Position numbers and translations under genes: made by a program. Shown piece after piece: positions 10,031-21,159 of a stretch of 64,000 bases of DNA. The notes under the pieces were generated by a model. That model was not told the origin of the DNA, searched no databases, and saw only the letters and a program-made list of their open reading frames with translations. The DNA comes from Trichodelitschia bisporula (Eukaryota): NCBI GenBank assembly GCA_010356995.1, contig ML996699.1, positions 527,697-591,696 on the forward strand, written 5' to 3'. The first letter of the stretch is position 1, and the number at the start of each line of letters is the position of its first letter.

Positions 10031-11715
10031 TCACCTCTTCCGTGGCCCGACCATGACCATTAGCGGCGGTTTCGCCCACAGCGCATACACCTTTTGGTTG
10101 TTCCAGGATTTGCTCTCGTCACTCAAGCGCAGGTCAAAATGATAGAGTAACATGGCCAGGATGAGTCTCATTTCGTGATATGCAAGGCTGGGAATTATCA
10201 ACAGAAGGGAAGCACATGCGAGGAGTAGGGTACGCACTTCTTGCCAATGCAGTTGCGGGGCCCGACCGAGAATGGCTGCAGCGCTGCCTTGTTGTCCGAA
10301 TCATAGTCTGACGAAATCCAGCGCTCGGGGATAAACTCTTCTGGGTTGCGGAAGTTTATTACAGAGCGGAATGAGGTAAACGGCGTTACATACACGGCGG
10401 TCTGGAAGTGTTAACGTTCTTCTCCAGTTGCCAGTAGACCTACGTTTCCCGGAATCCACCTGCCACAGATGGCCGCACCTTCAGGAGGTGTCAGTCTCGG
10501 TACGCCAGCGGGGACTGGCGTATACATCCTGAGGCCTTCTTCCAAGCACGCGTGAAGGTATTTCAGTCTGACCAGACTAGACAAGTTCATCTCCTCAGGT
10601 GAGCTGAATGCTGATCTTATTTCCTTGGTCAGTTCCTTGAGCGATTCCGGGTTCGTCAAAAGATGAAAGATAAGACCGCTAAGAAGGGATGCAGTCGTCT
10701 CTGTGCCCGCAATCATGAACAAGTCAGCGTTGGAGTGCATCTCCCCGAGGCTCAGCCCCTTCTCATTCTCCTGGCGCAGGACATACGTCCAGATATCGGC
10801 ACGATCGGTTTTGGCGGCCAGTCGACGGTCAACGCGGTCCACACAAAACTTGAAGTGAACCCGACGCATGCGGTTGATCAACTTGTTGAAAAGGAACCCT
10901 ACGATCCCTGAGATGAGTGGCAAGTATGAAACTACCTGCACCATTGCCGCTCCTTTGAGGCTCCCGAGGATCAAGGCTACCCACGGCACATACTCTGAGT
11001 TCTCGAGCATGTAGAGTGGCTCACCAAATGAGAGGTCGCCTGATTAATGAGCTAACCGACTAGGCAGTTGTATCTGGAACATACTCATGATGTCAAAGGT
11101 GGTGAAGTTGAGCATCTCCACCATGTCGATCTTGCCTTTCGCGGCCCTTTCATAAAGTTTCTCAACCATCAGATCGACATATTTCCTCAGAAGAGGCTCT
11201 TGCGCCTTGAGCGCCTTGTCCGAAAAGGCATGAGAAAAGATGCGGCGAGTCCGCGCATGGTCTGCATCATTGGCGTTGAGCAGGTTCGTCGTCTCGAACG
11301 AGGCAACGGCATAGAATACCGGATCCTTTCGATTCGTGGGTCTGCCAGCAGACTGGAAACCGTAGATGTCCTTCCAGCCTTGAGCCTCGATGAAGCTCAG
11401 CTCGCTTGGAGCGACGCGCACAACCGGACCGTACTTGTCATGGAGTTTGCTGATCCAGTCAACTGTCTCGCCTCGCGCCAAATAGTAGGACTTTGCCAGT
11501 TTCGTGGCTGCCGCCAGTCGAGGTCCCGGGAACTTGCGCAGCGGGTGGAAGAAGAGGTTGTATATAACGGCTGCAAAGGGATAAAGTATAGCCTAGGATG
11601 TCAAATGAGCTTCTCCGCGGTAGGACTCACCAACCGACAATGAAACAAGAAGTACGACCCGTGAAACGTTGGAGGCGCTCATCAGTTGCGACTGCTGATC
11701 TCCCAGAAGGACCAT
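10031..11715 (-). CDS. Cytochrome P450 monooxygenase (CYP65/Tri11-like clan), about 5 exons
   Basis: HPLRKFPGP, LHDKYGPVVRVAPSELSF, I-helix AGTETTA, EEGLRM (ExxR), PERW and heme motif FSVGPRNCIGK. ORF pieces are separated by GT-AG introns. Confidence 0.93.
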
Positions 11716-13309
11716 GGTGGTTTCGTCTCTTGCTCGCAACTTCTGAGACCCTTTCGCGGATAATGTATGCGAGCACGCACCACAGAACCGAAAGGGCCCG
11801 GATTAATCAAGAGCACATTGAAGCAACGGAGAGCTGGGATGCTTCATACATCTGCGGGGTCTATCCACCATGTCGGTATGAGCTGTATTCTCGAGCCCCA
11901 TGAATGGCACTCGGTGGTGCTGCAGGCTTGCTCCCTTTCGGCAGGAGAACATATGGAGAATTGACGCTGATTAGTCTTCGGGATGTTCATTCATGCGACC
12001 ATGCAGTACGATTCCGCCTATCGGCAGCTTCCTCTGTTTCGTTATTCTCTGGTGAGACTCGAACCGCCTGTCTTTACGTACAACCGGCCTGGATATTCAT
12101 CTGCCCCAAGACAGTAAGCAGTGGGCTCCAGTCCCAATAGGCAATTCAATGGTCATGGTGTAGATGCCTTTGACGTCCACGTGCCATCGAACTGCACATC
12201 ATCTAAGTGGGCATGTGGTGCCGCGCAAGTTCGGAATCCCGTCACGGCTAGCCGAATGCTAGTTCTAGCTGCGGGAGCTAGGATCGAGCATCTCAGATGA
12301 ACGATTGTTGGTCTCTGCACCAACCCTACCAGAACTCGCTTCCGCAGTTGCCCAATGGATCTTCGTAGATTCCGACCGTGACTGGCCCGTCCCACTTTAA
12401 GAACTATAACGGCGGAGCGCCATGATCCCAGAGGCTCCCTGGTAGAGGACTAGAACTAAGAACTTCGGCAGCTTGTCTGGGGTACCGTTGACAAGCTACA
12501 TCAGCTTCCGCAGCGCATGCCCCGGCGGGCGCTCAGATACGGGATGCGGGGGAGCGGGACATCCCGTCAACCTAGACTTAAATGTCCGCCTATTGGATTA
12601 TATTCGACAAGGCTTGCCGCAAGCCCGCGACATTGGACCAGGGTATCGCGGGTTGCAGGCGCAATTCCGAAGGCATGATGGACAATGCCGTTGCTTTTGT
12701 TCTCAAGCCTCAACTTGACTATCTCGTATTCGGTCGAGATTTGCAGCATCTGAACTGTTTCTTCGGGGGGTCGGTCTCAGCCTTGCGCCCGCCGAGTCTG
12801 CTGCGGAATGGAACTGCCTCTTACGATAGGGCACTTATTGCAGGCATCTCATCCCAACGCTCAGTCGTCCCGCAATTTACTGACTCGTGCCGGAGCCGTA
12901 GCTGGTAGGTTTGAATTTCGCAACTTGTATTGATGCGATCGGGTTAGCTGAAGCCGAGCCGGAAGGCGGATACTCTCACATCCTTTGTGCTCCGTATGTA
13001 AGCCCATCGCCCTTCCAGATATCCAACCTCCACATTGTTAGATGAACGCGGAGACAATCCCGGTAGCCAACCCCACCATTCATGGCGGGTTGAGAGCCAT
13101 TACTACGCCACCGACTTGGGCAGCGGCCTGAAGAAGGCTGAAGGTCAAGTATCAGCGCCCCAGAATCTGGGTTGCTGAAGAAGACCCTGGATTCTCCCAT
13201 CTATGACCTTGACCGGTCATCTCTTTCAACGGTATCGCCTCATTTTTGGACGGCAGATGCACTATTTGAGCTTGTTTTCCGGTCTTAACCGGCATTGTAC
13301 AAAGACTTC

Positions 13310-14515
13310 ATGATGGCTTGGCCAGCATTGCCTGACCCTTTGCCTCCAGACGCATCTAAGGCTGGTGTACTCCTTGCTGTTACAGCCAGTCTTTTTGCGG
13401 TCGCTCTGGCTTTTTACGCATGCCGCGTCTATACTCGAGTATATTCTTCAATGCGTATCAGACCCGATGAATATTTCATGTTTGCGGCCATCGTGAGTCC
13501 GTCGGAATAATCATCTGGACTCGGGGGTGTTACTAACCGTGGCAGGTGCTTACTGCGGTGCAGTACGGGATATTTCTTCAAGGAATCCACCTAGGCGTCG
13601 GGCGACATGTTTACTACAGTAAGCCTGCGTCAGTTACGAAGGCAATGCGCGGCGTGTGGATTCAGCTGCTCTTATGGACGTGGTCAATCACGTTGATCAA
13701 GATCTCTATTGCGGTGATGTTGCTGCGCATCCGTCGCGACAATCCATGGAGGTACTGGGTCTACTTCCTGATAGGCTTCGTCGTCTCTTCCGCCATCGTC
13801 TCGACGGTTCTGCAATTTGTGCAATGCTCGCCAGTCAGCGCCTTCTGGAACCCAACTGTGCCTGGCGCGAAATGCTGGACTCCGAATAAGAGACGGGTCT
13901 CGCTTTACACTATAGCCGGTGAGTCAGTTTTCGCACTTCAGCTTTTCCTGTTCATTCTCACGCATCTTAGCCGTCTTCATTGCGGCTGATGTCACACTTT
14001 CCCTGCTACCTCTGACCTTTGTCGCCAAACTCCGCCGACCTTTACGAGAGAAGGTCATCATCTGCGGACTCACGGGCCTGGGTCTGTTCGCTACAGCTGC
14101 CGCATTAATCAAGTTGCTCCTCATCAAGCACTATGTCAGCACGGTGGATACCCTTTGGGAAGCAGTCGAACTAGGGATGTGGGAATACATAGAGGAGTTC
14201 GTCGGCATCATCGCGGCCTGTATTCCATGTTTGAAGGCGCCGTTCGAAAGACTGCTGCGCAAATATGGCCTGATAAGCACAGCGGACAAACTGGCTGCTC
14301 CGAAGGCGTACCGAAGCAGCTACAGGAATCTATCCAGAGAAAGGCCGGGGCACGTTACTAACGCTATGGGAAGAGGACAGGCTCCGAGAGGCAATATATT
14401 TGATCCCGAGAGCCGTGCAAGTTTTACTGTGGAATCGGGAACCTATGACATGGGTGAGACGGCTGGGAAGGGGATTATGGTGCATCGAGAGTTTGAGGTT
14501 CGTTCAGAGCGGTAA
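13310..14515 (+). CDS. PTH11-like integral membrane receptor (fungal rhodopsin-like domain, no CFEM), 3 exons
   Basis: RVYTR...DEYF, GVGRH, IKISIAVMLLRI, QCSPVSAFWN, DVTLSLLPL, LREKV, IIAACIPCLK; seven hydrophobic segments. Introns at about 13493-13545 and 13919-13970. Confidence 0.88.
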
Positions 14516-14881
14516 CGCAGGTCGCAAGGATAATCTGAATGAGCATAGCACCGACGCTTTCCTCGCGAGGCTATCTACCATAATTAGGCGACTATTGTGA
14601 GAAATTTTATTGTGGAATCCGGTAAATGCAAAGCAATAAGCAAACGCCGTTGCCATCGGGGCCCCGAACGGGTGCCAATGACGTAGCTACCTTCGCCTTG
14701 TAGTCGCACGTGATGCCGCGTTTCGCGCCAACCTCCCTCAGTGCTGCGGTGTCCATTCCGAACTCACCGCGCTCATGGCACTCCTCTTAAACCACCACCT
14801 CCTGCTCTGCATTCCTGAAAGCCGCACCAGGTCACACTCGCTGCCATCGGTCTGAAGGGCAGATCCTTCGAGGACGCGATC

Positions 14882-17800
14882 ATGCCTCCCCGCAGCAAGT
14901 CGCACACTCCTAAACGGAACCCCGCGAGCACTCGGTCAATAAAACGCGGCGGAGATCCTGATGTTCCGGACGTATACAAAGACTTGCTCAAGGAGACGGG
15001 CAACGCGAATCGAGAGGCAGAAGACGAAGTGCACCCCGTCAAGAAGCGCAAGGTATCCGCACCCGTTCCGCTGCGGGGCAGGCCATCGTCATCATCAAGC
15101 GCTCGTCCTCCAGAAGTGGGGTTTCGAGGACAATTAGACACGCCTAGAGAACCCAGTCCGGAAGCTCGATTGCAAACGATCGAGGATGATGAGGACTCGG
15201 ACGAAGAAGAGTTCGAATGGGAAGAAGTGGATCTCAGTCTGCCCCAGCCCGCGGCAAACGTCGCAGAATCCAGTTCGAAGCCTTTGCAGATTGTGATTGA
15301 TCGCAACCTGAAATCCCAGAAGCAAAAGGGCCGTATGAAGAAAAGGCCGCCTTCCTCCGCCGAAAAGATCATGCGCCTTAACATCCATAAACTGCACATC
15401 CTGTGCCTGCTTTACCACTGCTTCTGCCGGAATAACCTGTGCAATGATACAGAAACCCAAGTATGTGTCCATCCATACCATAGCCAATGTTCCTTTTCTG
15501 ATAGAACAGGCTATTCTGAAGCGCCTCGTGAACCCACGCATTGTCAATTCGCTACAGCCGCCTCCCAACGCCTCCCAACTCCAGCGGTCAAGGATCTTCA
15601 CGGAAGGCCTAACACAAGTTGTCGGGCTTTGGCATGCAGTCTTTAAGATAACCGCGATTGGATTGCGGCGACCGGCATGGGCCCAGTCGCTGGGAGTGTT
15701 CAACAATGTAAGCTGTATCCACTTGATGCGTCTCCACTGTTTAACGTTATACAGTTCAGGCTACCCAAGCTGGTTGAGAATCCAATTAAGCTCGCAGACT
15801 TTCGAACTGCAGCCAGGAAGCGTGAAGGATCAGCAGACTTGGGAGCGCAATTACTGTGTTGCCTCTTCCGAGCTGTTGGTGTCGAGGCACGTGTAGTGTG
15901 TTCATTACAGCCTTTGAGCTTTTCAGCTGTGGGCCAGACGGCGATACTCGGTCAAAGCCCTGCCGGCGATGGCAAGGATATGAAAGATCGTCTAGACGAA
16001 GTGACGACTCATGCTTCAGCTACCAGCACCTCTGCCGCTCCTTCTAAAGACGTGGAACTGCCCAAGCCCAGTCCACAGAAATTCAAACGCGTTGATAACC
16101 GTTTCGATCCCGATCCTCCGCCTCGTGTTATGATCCAGAAGATGCCCAAAATCAAAGGCCTATCACATCCCGTATTTTGGGTAGAGGTATTGGATCCTGG
16201 ATACCAGAGATGGACCGCGGTCGATGCACTCATCACGAATACCATAGGGAAGCCGTCACTTCTTGAGCCTCCGATTCAGTATCAAGACAATCTTTTGAGC
16301 TATGTGGTTGCTTTTGATGAACATGGTTTTGCAACAGACGTTACTCGCAGATACGCCAAAGCGTACAACGCAAAGACGCGTAGAACTCGTGTCGAAGGCG
16401 TTGAAGGAAGCACTGGGTGGTTTAAGAGGGCCATGAAGCTTTTTACCAAACTGAGGCGTTCTGTGAGTCGCACTTATGCGTAGGGGTTTCGCGGCTAATT
16501 GAGATAGGAGAGAGACCAGCTCGAACAAACCGAGCTGTCCGCTAAAGAAGCCCAGGAACCAATGCCTCGCAACTATCAGGACTTCATCGGTCATCCTAAC
16601 TATGTCCTCGAGCGACATCTGAAAAAGAACCAGGTGATCTTCCCCAGACACTCAGTTGGCCGCGCCAACTGCGGAAACTCAGCCAAGCCTAGGATGGAGA
16701 CTGTGTACTCGAGGAGGGATGTCCATATTGTCCGTTCTGCAGACAAGTGGTTCAGATTCGGCCGTGAGCTCAAGGTACGCTTCATCTCACAGTAGTGGTC
16801 CAATCTGCTAACGAGTAGCCCAACGAACGACCCCTCAAGCACACTGTTCCAACCCGCAGGAACCCCGTCGATACCGAACCTTTGACTCCTGTTGGTCTCT
16901 ATGCCGCATACCAGACCACGCCCTACATTCCACCGCCAGTGATCAATGGCCGCGTTCCCAAAAACGCCTTTGGCAACATCGATCTCTACGTCCCGTCCAT
17001 GCTGCCGCGCGGGGGCGCTCATATTCCGCACCCAGATGCCAAGATCGCCGCTCGCATCCTTGATATCCACTGGGCAGATGCGGTCACGGGATTCAAATTC
17101 AAGGGTCGGCAAGGCACGGCGGTTGCTGAGGGTGTGGTCGTGGCGGCGGAGTACCGAGAAGCAGTTGAGGCGGTACTCGAAGGGCTGGAGTATATGCGTG
17201 TATTGGAGCTTGAGGAATTCAGGAGAGAGGAGGCACTCAGAATGTGGCGGCGGTTCATTGTTGGACTGCGCATCGTTGAGCGGGCCAAAGGGTACGTCGA
17301 GGATGACGGCTCGCAAGACAAAAACGAAGATGAAGAGATGGCGGATGTGACCGAGACATCGAGCAAGGAAAATGAAGCCGCAACGGCAGACAACGATGCT
17401 CAGCCTATCACTCAGCTGGATGTGCCGCGTCCAAACAATAGACGCTCAGATGGGACTGGCTTCGAAGGTGGCCTATTCGGGGGTGCGGAACCGATTCCGC
17501 GCATTGTGTACTCTTCGACTCGCAAACAGTTCTACCGGCTCCACTATCTGCCGCGTGACGAGGAAGCTGAGACTACTGCCAATGAACGAGAGCGTACGAC
17601 TACTAGTCCATTAAGTGACAGCTTGGACGACCTTTTTGAGGATGACGGCAGCTTTTTACCAGAGGAAGAACCTGCCGATTCCGGGCCGCCGGACCGCAAT
17701 ATGGAGGATATTTTTGATGATGGGGGCGGTGGTGGTTTCCTCCCTGAGAGTGAAGATGCTATGTCGAGTCCGGATGGTGATGATGATGGCGGGCCACTTC

Positions 17801-18099
17801 GTCCTAGCCGGGCGCGCCATCCAGTGCGGTGTGTGGATGCTGATGTGGACACTGAGGAATCAGCTGGTCCGAATATCGCACGCAACCCGTCTCCTTATGA
17901 TCAATTTGAGCAAGATGCCCAGGAAACCTCGCTTGAAGAACAGGAGGTGGAAGGCTCAGTTTGGCGAACCAAGCGACCCGCTGCCTGGTCTTCGTCTTCT
18001 GAAAACATCAAGAGAAATGATCACGGGGAATATGACGATCTACTTTCAGAAGACCCTGACGAGGAGGAGATGGAATGGGTAGATGATTTTATTGCCTGA
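14882..18099 (+). CDS. RAD4: DNA repair protein Rad4/XPC, 5 exons
   Basis: HKLHILCLL, GSADLGAQLLCCLFRAVGVEARVVCSLQP, FWVEV, DVTRRYAK, HPNYVLERHL, GRVPKNAFGNIDLY and DAVTGFKFKGR; acidic C-terminal tail. Confidence 0.95.
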
Positions 18100-18208
18100 T
18101 AGATACAATCTGTACAGATGTTGTATAATCTTTACAGCCGCATCCACTCACACCGCTCTCTGGGATAGCCACCACCTCTCACTGTTGAACCTGTCCCTTT
18201 CCTTCTCC

Positions 18209-18688
18209 TCACACCAGTATCATTCCCGCGATCCCGATAAGCTCGGACTCAACATCGACGCATTCTTCTTCAGCCTCGCTGACGGCTTCGCCCATGTCTT
18301 CATCCGAGCAAGCTGTTCCAAGACCAAGAGGAAGGGATTGTTCGACCACTGTCTTGGTGGTGTTCTTGATGAGTTGATTCTCGGCATCGCGGTCCGGCTC
18401 AAATTCAACGAGGTTTTCGGCCCAAGTGACACGTTTCTGCTGAATGCCTTTCTTCTTGATGTCCGGCTTCGACTCCTCGTCCTTCGTAGTCGTGAAATCA
18501 CACTTGAATCCCGATCGCATCTCCTCGACACGCCAGCTTGCTGGGACGGAGTTGCCCCTGTTGACCTCCGTGTTGTAGATGGTGGTGTGGGAAAGAGTTT
18601 TCTCGGGTTTCGGGGGGCGCGGAACGGTGCGGCGACGGAGACGAAGGGGGGAGTGGCCGACCTCACTGGGGGAGGTAAGTTCCATCAT
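18209..18688 (-). CDS. Small hypothetical protein (about 159 aa) with LxxxTxxNTxxNR and KRVTW motifs
   Basis: Single-exon ORF from ATG at 18688 (MMELTSPSEVGHSPL...). Motifs are shared with the neighbouring ORF. Confidence 0.6.
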   Translation of the reverse strand: MMELTSPSEVGHSPLRLRRRTVPRPPKPEKTLSHTTIYNTEVNRGNSVPASWRVEEMRSGFKCDFTTTKDEESKPDIKKKGIQQKRVTWAENLVEFEPDRDAENQLIKNTTKTVVEQSLPLGLGTACSDEDMGEAVSEAEEECVDVESELIGIAGMILV

Positions 18689-18872
18689 AGTGATATGTCG
18701 CCGAAGATTTCGGGTGTCGGGAGGATTTTGATGTTGTTGACAAGTCGATGTTCGCGGCGATAGGGCGTTTGCGGAGACAAGCGTGGTGGGTGCGGTTTCA
18801 TGAAAAACGGTTGTGGAGGAGAGGAAGTTGTATAGGGAGAAGAAGTTTGTCCTTGGGTACAGTTCACCCTGC

Positions 18873-18930
18873 GCCGAGAACTTGATGTCGCCGAGACCTT
18901 GATGTCGCCGAGACCTTGATGTCGCCGAGA
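18873..18930. repeat. 17-bp tandem repeat (CTTGATGTCGCCGAGAC) x3
   Basis: Directly visible, starting at 18881 with a partial copy before it. Confidence 0.9.
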
Positions 18931-19118
18931 GGTTGGTCTGGCCCTGTGATACTGTGTGCTGATGTTGACCGAACGGGACCCGACCAGTATCCGGTAGTGG
19001 CCGAAACGGCACCAGTCGACGAGGTCCATATCATCCCAAAGACTCGAGAACGGAGCAACACTGAAGGGGCCTCTAGACTGTTAGTCACTGAGTAACTTAT
19101 AAGCACTGTGGCTCCGGT

Positions 19119-19751
19119 TCATCTTAAGGATCGTATGTTAGCATCAACATGCTTCCCCAAGTGCAGTTCACTCACTTTGAGCTTCTTCCTCATCCGCCTG
19201 ACGTATGATATCGGAGATCTGGATTTCTTGTCCTGCAATTCATCCCGCTCGCGGGGTACGTCCCATTTGCTTGTGTTGTGAGCGTCGGAATTTTCATCCT
19301 GAAATTCGCGGTCTCCAGAATTGTCTTGATTCGTGCCCACAGGCGGAGAGCCAGGCGCATCCGTCTCCGCCTCGACATCCGCAGCACCTTCCGTTTCCGA
19401 GTGGCACGCGTGCCATGTCCCCGCCTCGGAGAGTCCTTTGGGAACGGGAAAAGAGATGTCGCCATCATCATCCTCAGTTTTGGCAGCTTCTCTCTCCTCA
19501 GACCATTTCCGGGGTTCGTCAGCCCAGGAAACGGTCTTTCTCTCGCAGTCAAATTTTGGTTCTCGTGGTTTGGGCTCAGGCTCGTCTGCCGATAACCGCT
19601 CGAGCTCCACTTCATATAGGCGGTACCGGACTCGGAGGGCGTGCTTCTTGTTGCTCTTCGTGTTTTTCCGCGTTAGAGAGTGTAACTGCTTAGGAGAAAG
19701 GATGTCAAGGATGTCTGGGAGGCTGGGAGAAGAGCGTTTCGAGAGAGGCAT
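19119..19751 (-). CDS. Small hypothetical protein (about 210 aa) with LxxLTxxNTxxNK and KTVSW motifs; the 3' end may be spliced
   Basis: ORF from ATG at 19751 (MPLSKRSSPSLPDIL...). Possible GTGAGT donor after KKLK near 19175. Confidence 0.6.
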   Translation of the reverse strand: MPLSKRSSPSLPDILDILSPKQLHSLTRKNTKSNKKHALRVRYRLYEVELERLSADEPEPKPREPKFDCERKTVSWADEPRKWSEEREAAKTEDDDGDISFPVPKGLSEAGTWHACHSETEGAADVEAETDAPGSPPVGTNQDNSGDREFQDENSDAHNTSKWDVPRERDELQDKKSRSPISYVRRMRKKLKVSELHLGKHVDANIRSLR

Positions 19752-20047
19752 GCTGTAAGTTGTAGATGAAATTTGAGGGAGTGAAGTGAGAGTTGGCGGG
19801 CTATTGTCGACGTATTCACGGCGGGGGTTGTTTAGGATATAAGAAGCCGGCCACGAGGGAAACGATGACGACGCAACTCGATGACGTGGGACAGAAAAAT
19901 AAAGGCTACCGTCATACAAGGCCGTTTAACAAACGGAAGTAGCCATATATTGGCTCAGCAGGCAAATAATGTACCGATAACTGGCCAGATCCCATCAGCT
20001 CGAAGCGCAACGGGATATATATAGCTATAATCATCAGCACAAGTAGT

Positions 20048-20515
20048 TTACTTGAGTCTTCGATCATTCATAATGAATGTTGAGCGACCATCATCAATAG
20101 TGCCAGCCAGCACCCGATCTCGGCTCTTTCTCGCCTCCATGACTTTCAAGTCCTGCTGGCGAGGTTCGACAGACAACGGTAGGCAGTTCCGCGAGAATCT
20201 TCCGTTCCTTTAAAGCGTCACGAACTCTGAGGTCTTCTTAACCGGCAGTATATATGCCCGACCTCCTCGCTAAAAAATGACTCTGGCTCCGACTTACCCC
20301 AACATCTACAGCGACTCCGGCTCCGGTTCCGATTTGATATCAGGCGCCGGACCTGGCTCCGCCTCTGCCTCCTTTATAGTACTGGTCCAAACAGGAAAGT
20401 CCATTCGCTTAAGGAGGTCTGGTTGCAAAGTTCTTCGATGTGTTAATGCGCTTAGGACTTAAAGACCGTTCTTCAACGCTATCTTCTAGGTTGTTTCCCC
20501 CTTCTCCGTGGCCAT
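20048..20515 (-). pseudogene. Putative RIP-inactivated ORF (156 codons)
   Basis: A single frame from ATG 20515 to TAA 20048 is interrupted only by TAG/TAA stops (six), each one C-to-T step from a Gln codon. The translation is protein-like and the flank at 20580-20900 is TA-rich. Confidence 0.4.
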
Positions 20516-21159
20516 TCTTGCTTGTTCCTGTATTGTTCGATTGTCAGTTGGTCTGATAAAATCTTGACAAGGGTTCGGGCAGGAGAACGTAAATGCCACT
20601 CACCAGCAAGCACTTTAACCTCTTAAATTCGAGTTCTCAATAATAGTATGATGCAAATCGCTGTCAACCTCAAGTATATCGAAGCCGGCTGCTGAGTCCC
20701 CCAAGGACTTCTAGAAAAGATGGTCGCTGCTTTCCTTGGTAAAAGTAGCCTAACAGCCTGGAATAATTTTATAGTAAGAAGCCAATGGCCTTGAAAGTCC
20801 AACATTATGAAATATAGTTAGCACGAGGGCCTGAGGTTGTATTGGTTTAACATTAGTTCAGTGTAAGAATATCACGGAACAGATATTGATGATTGCTTGG
20901 TTCTCCGATGCTTGTGCCGACATTTTGATCCAAGACCAAAGAAAGCGATTGCCCCTTACCTACTGAACTTGCTAGTGAGCAGGGGCAACGACTTCTTTTG
21001 TGACGGTCCATGCGCCTTGAAGTGCTGGCGGGCGCGACGCGATGCGACGGTCCGATGTATCCCCGCGAAATCTTGGCATAGAGCGCATCTTTCTTCCGGA
21101 AAAAAGTTTGGAGAGCGAGAGGTCCTCTAGCATATCTTCACGCCCCATCACTACCCGTC

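Noticed and set aside
12150..12910. Short ORFs between the P450 and PTH11-like genes as a pseudogene
   Set aside because: No coherent frame or recognisable motif could be reconstructed.
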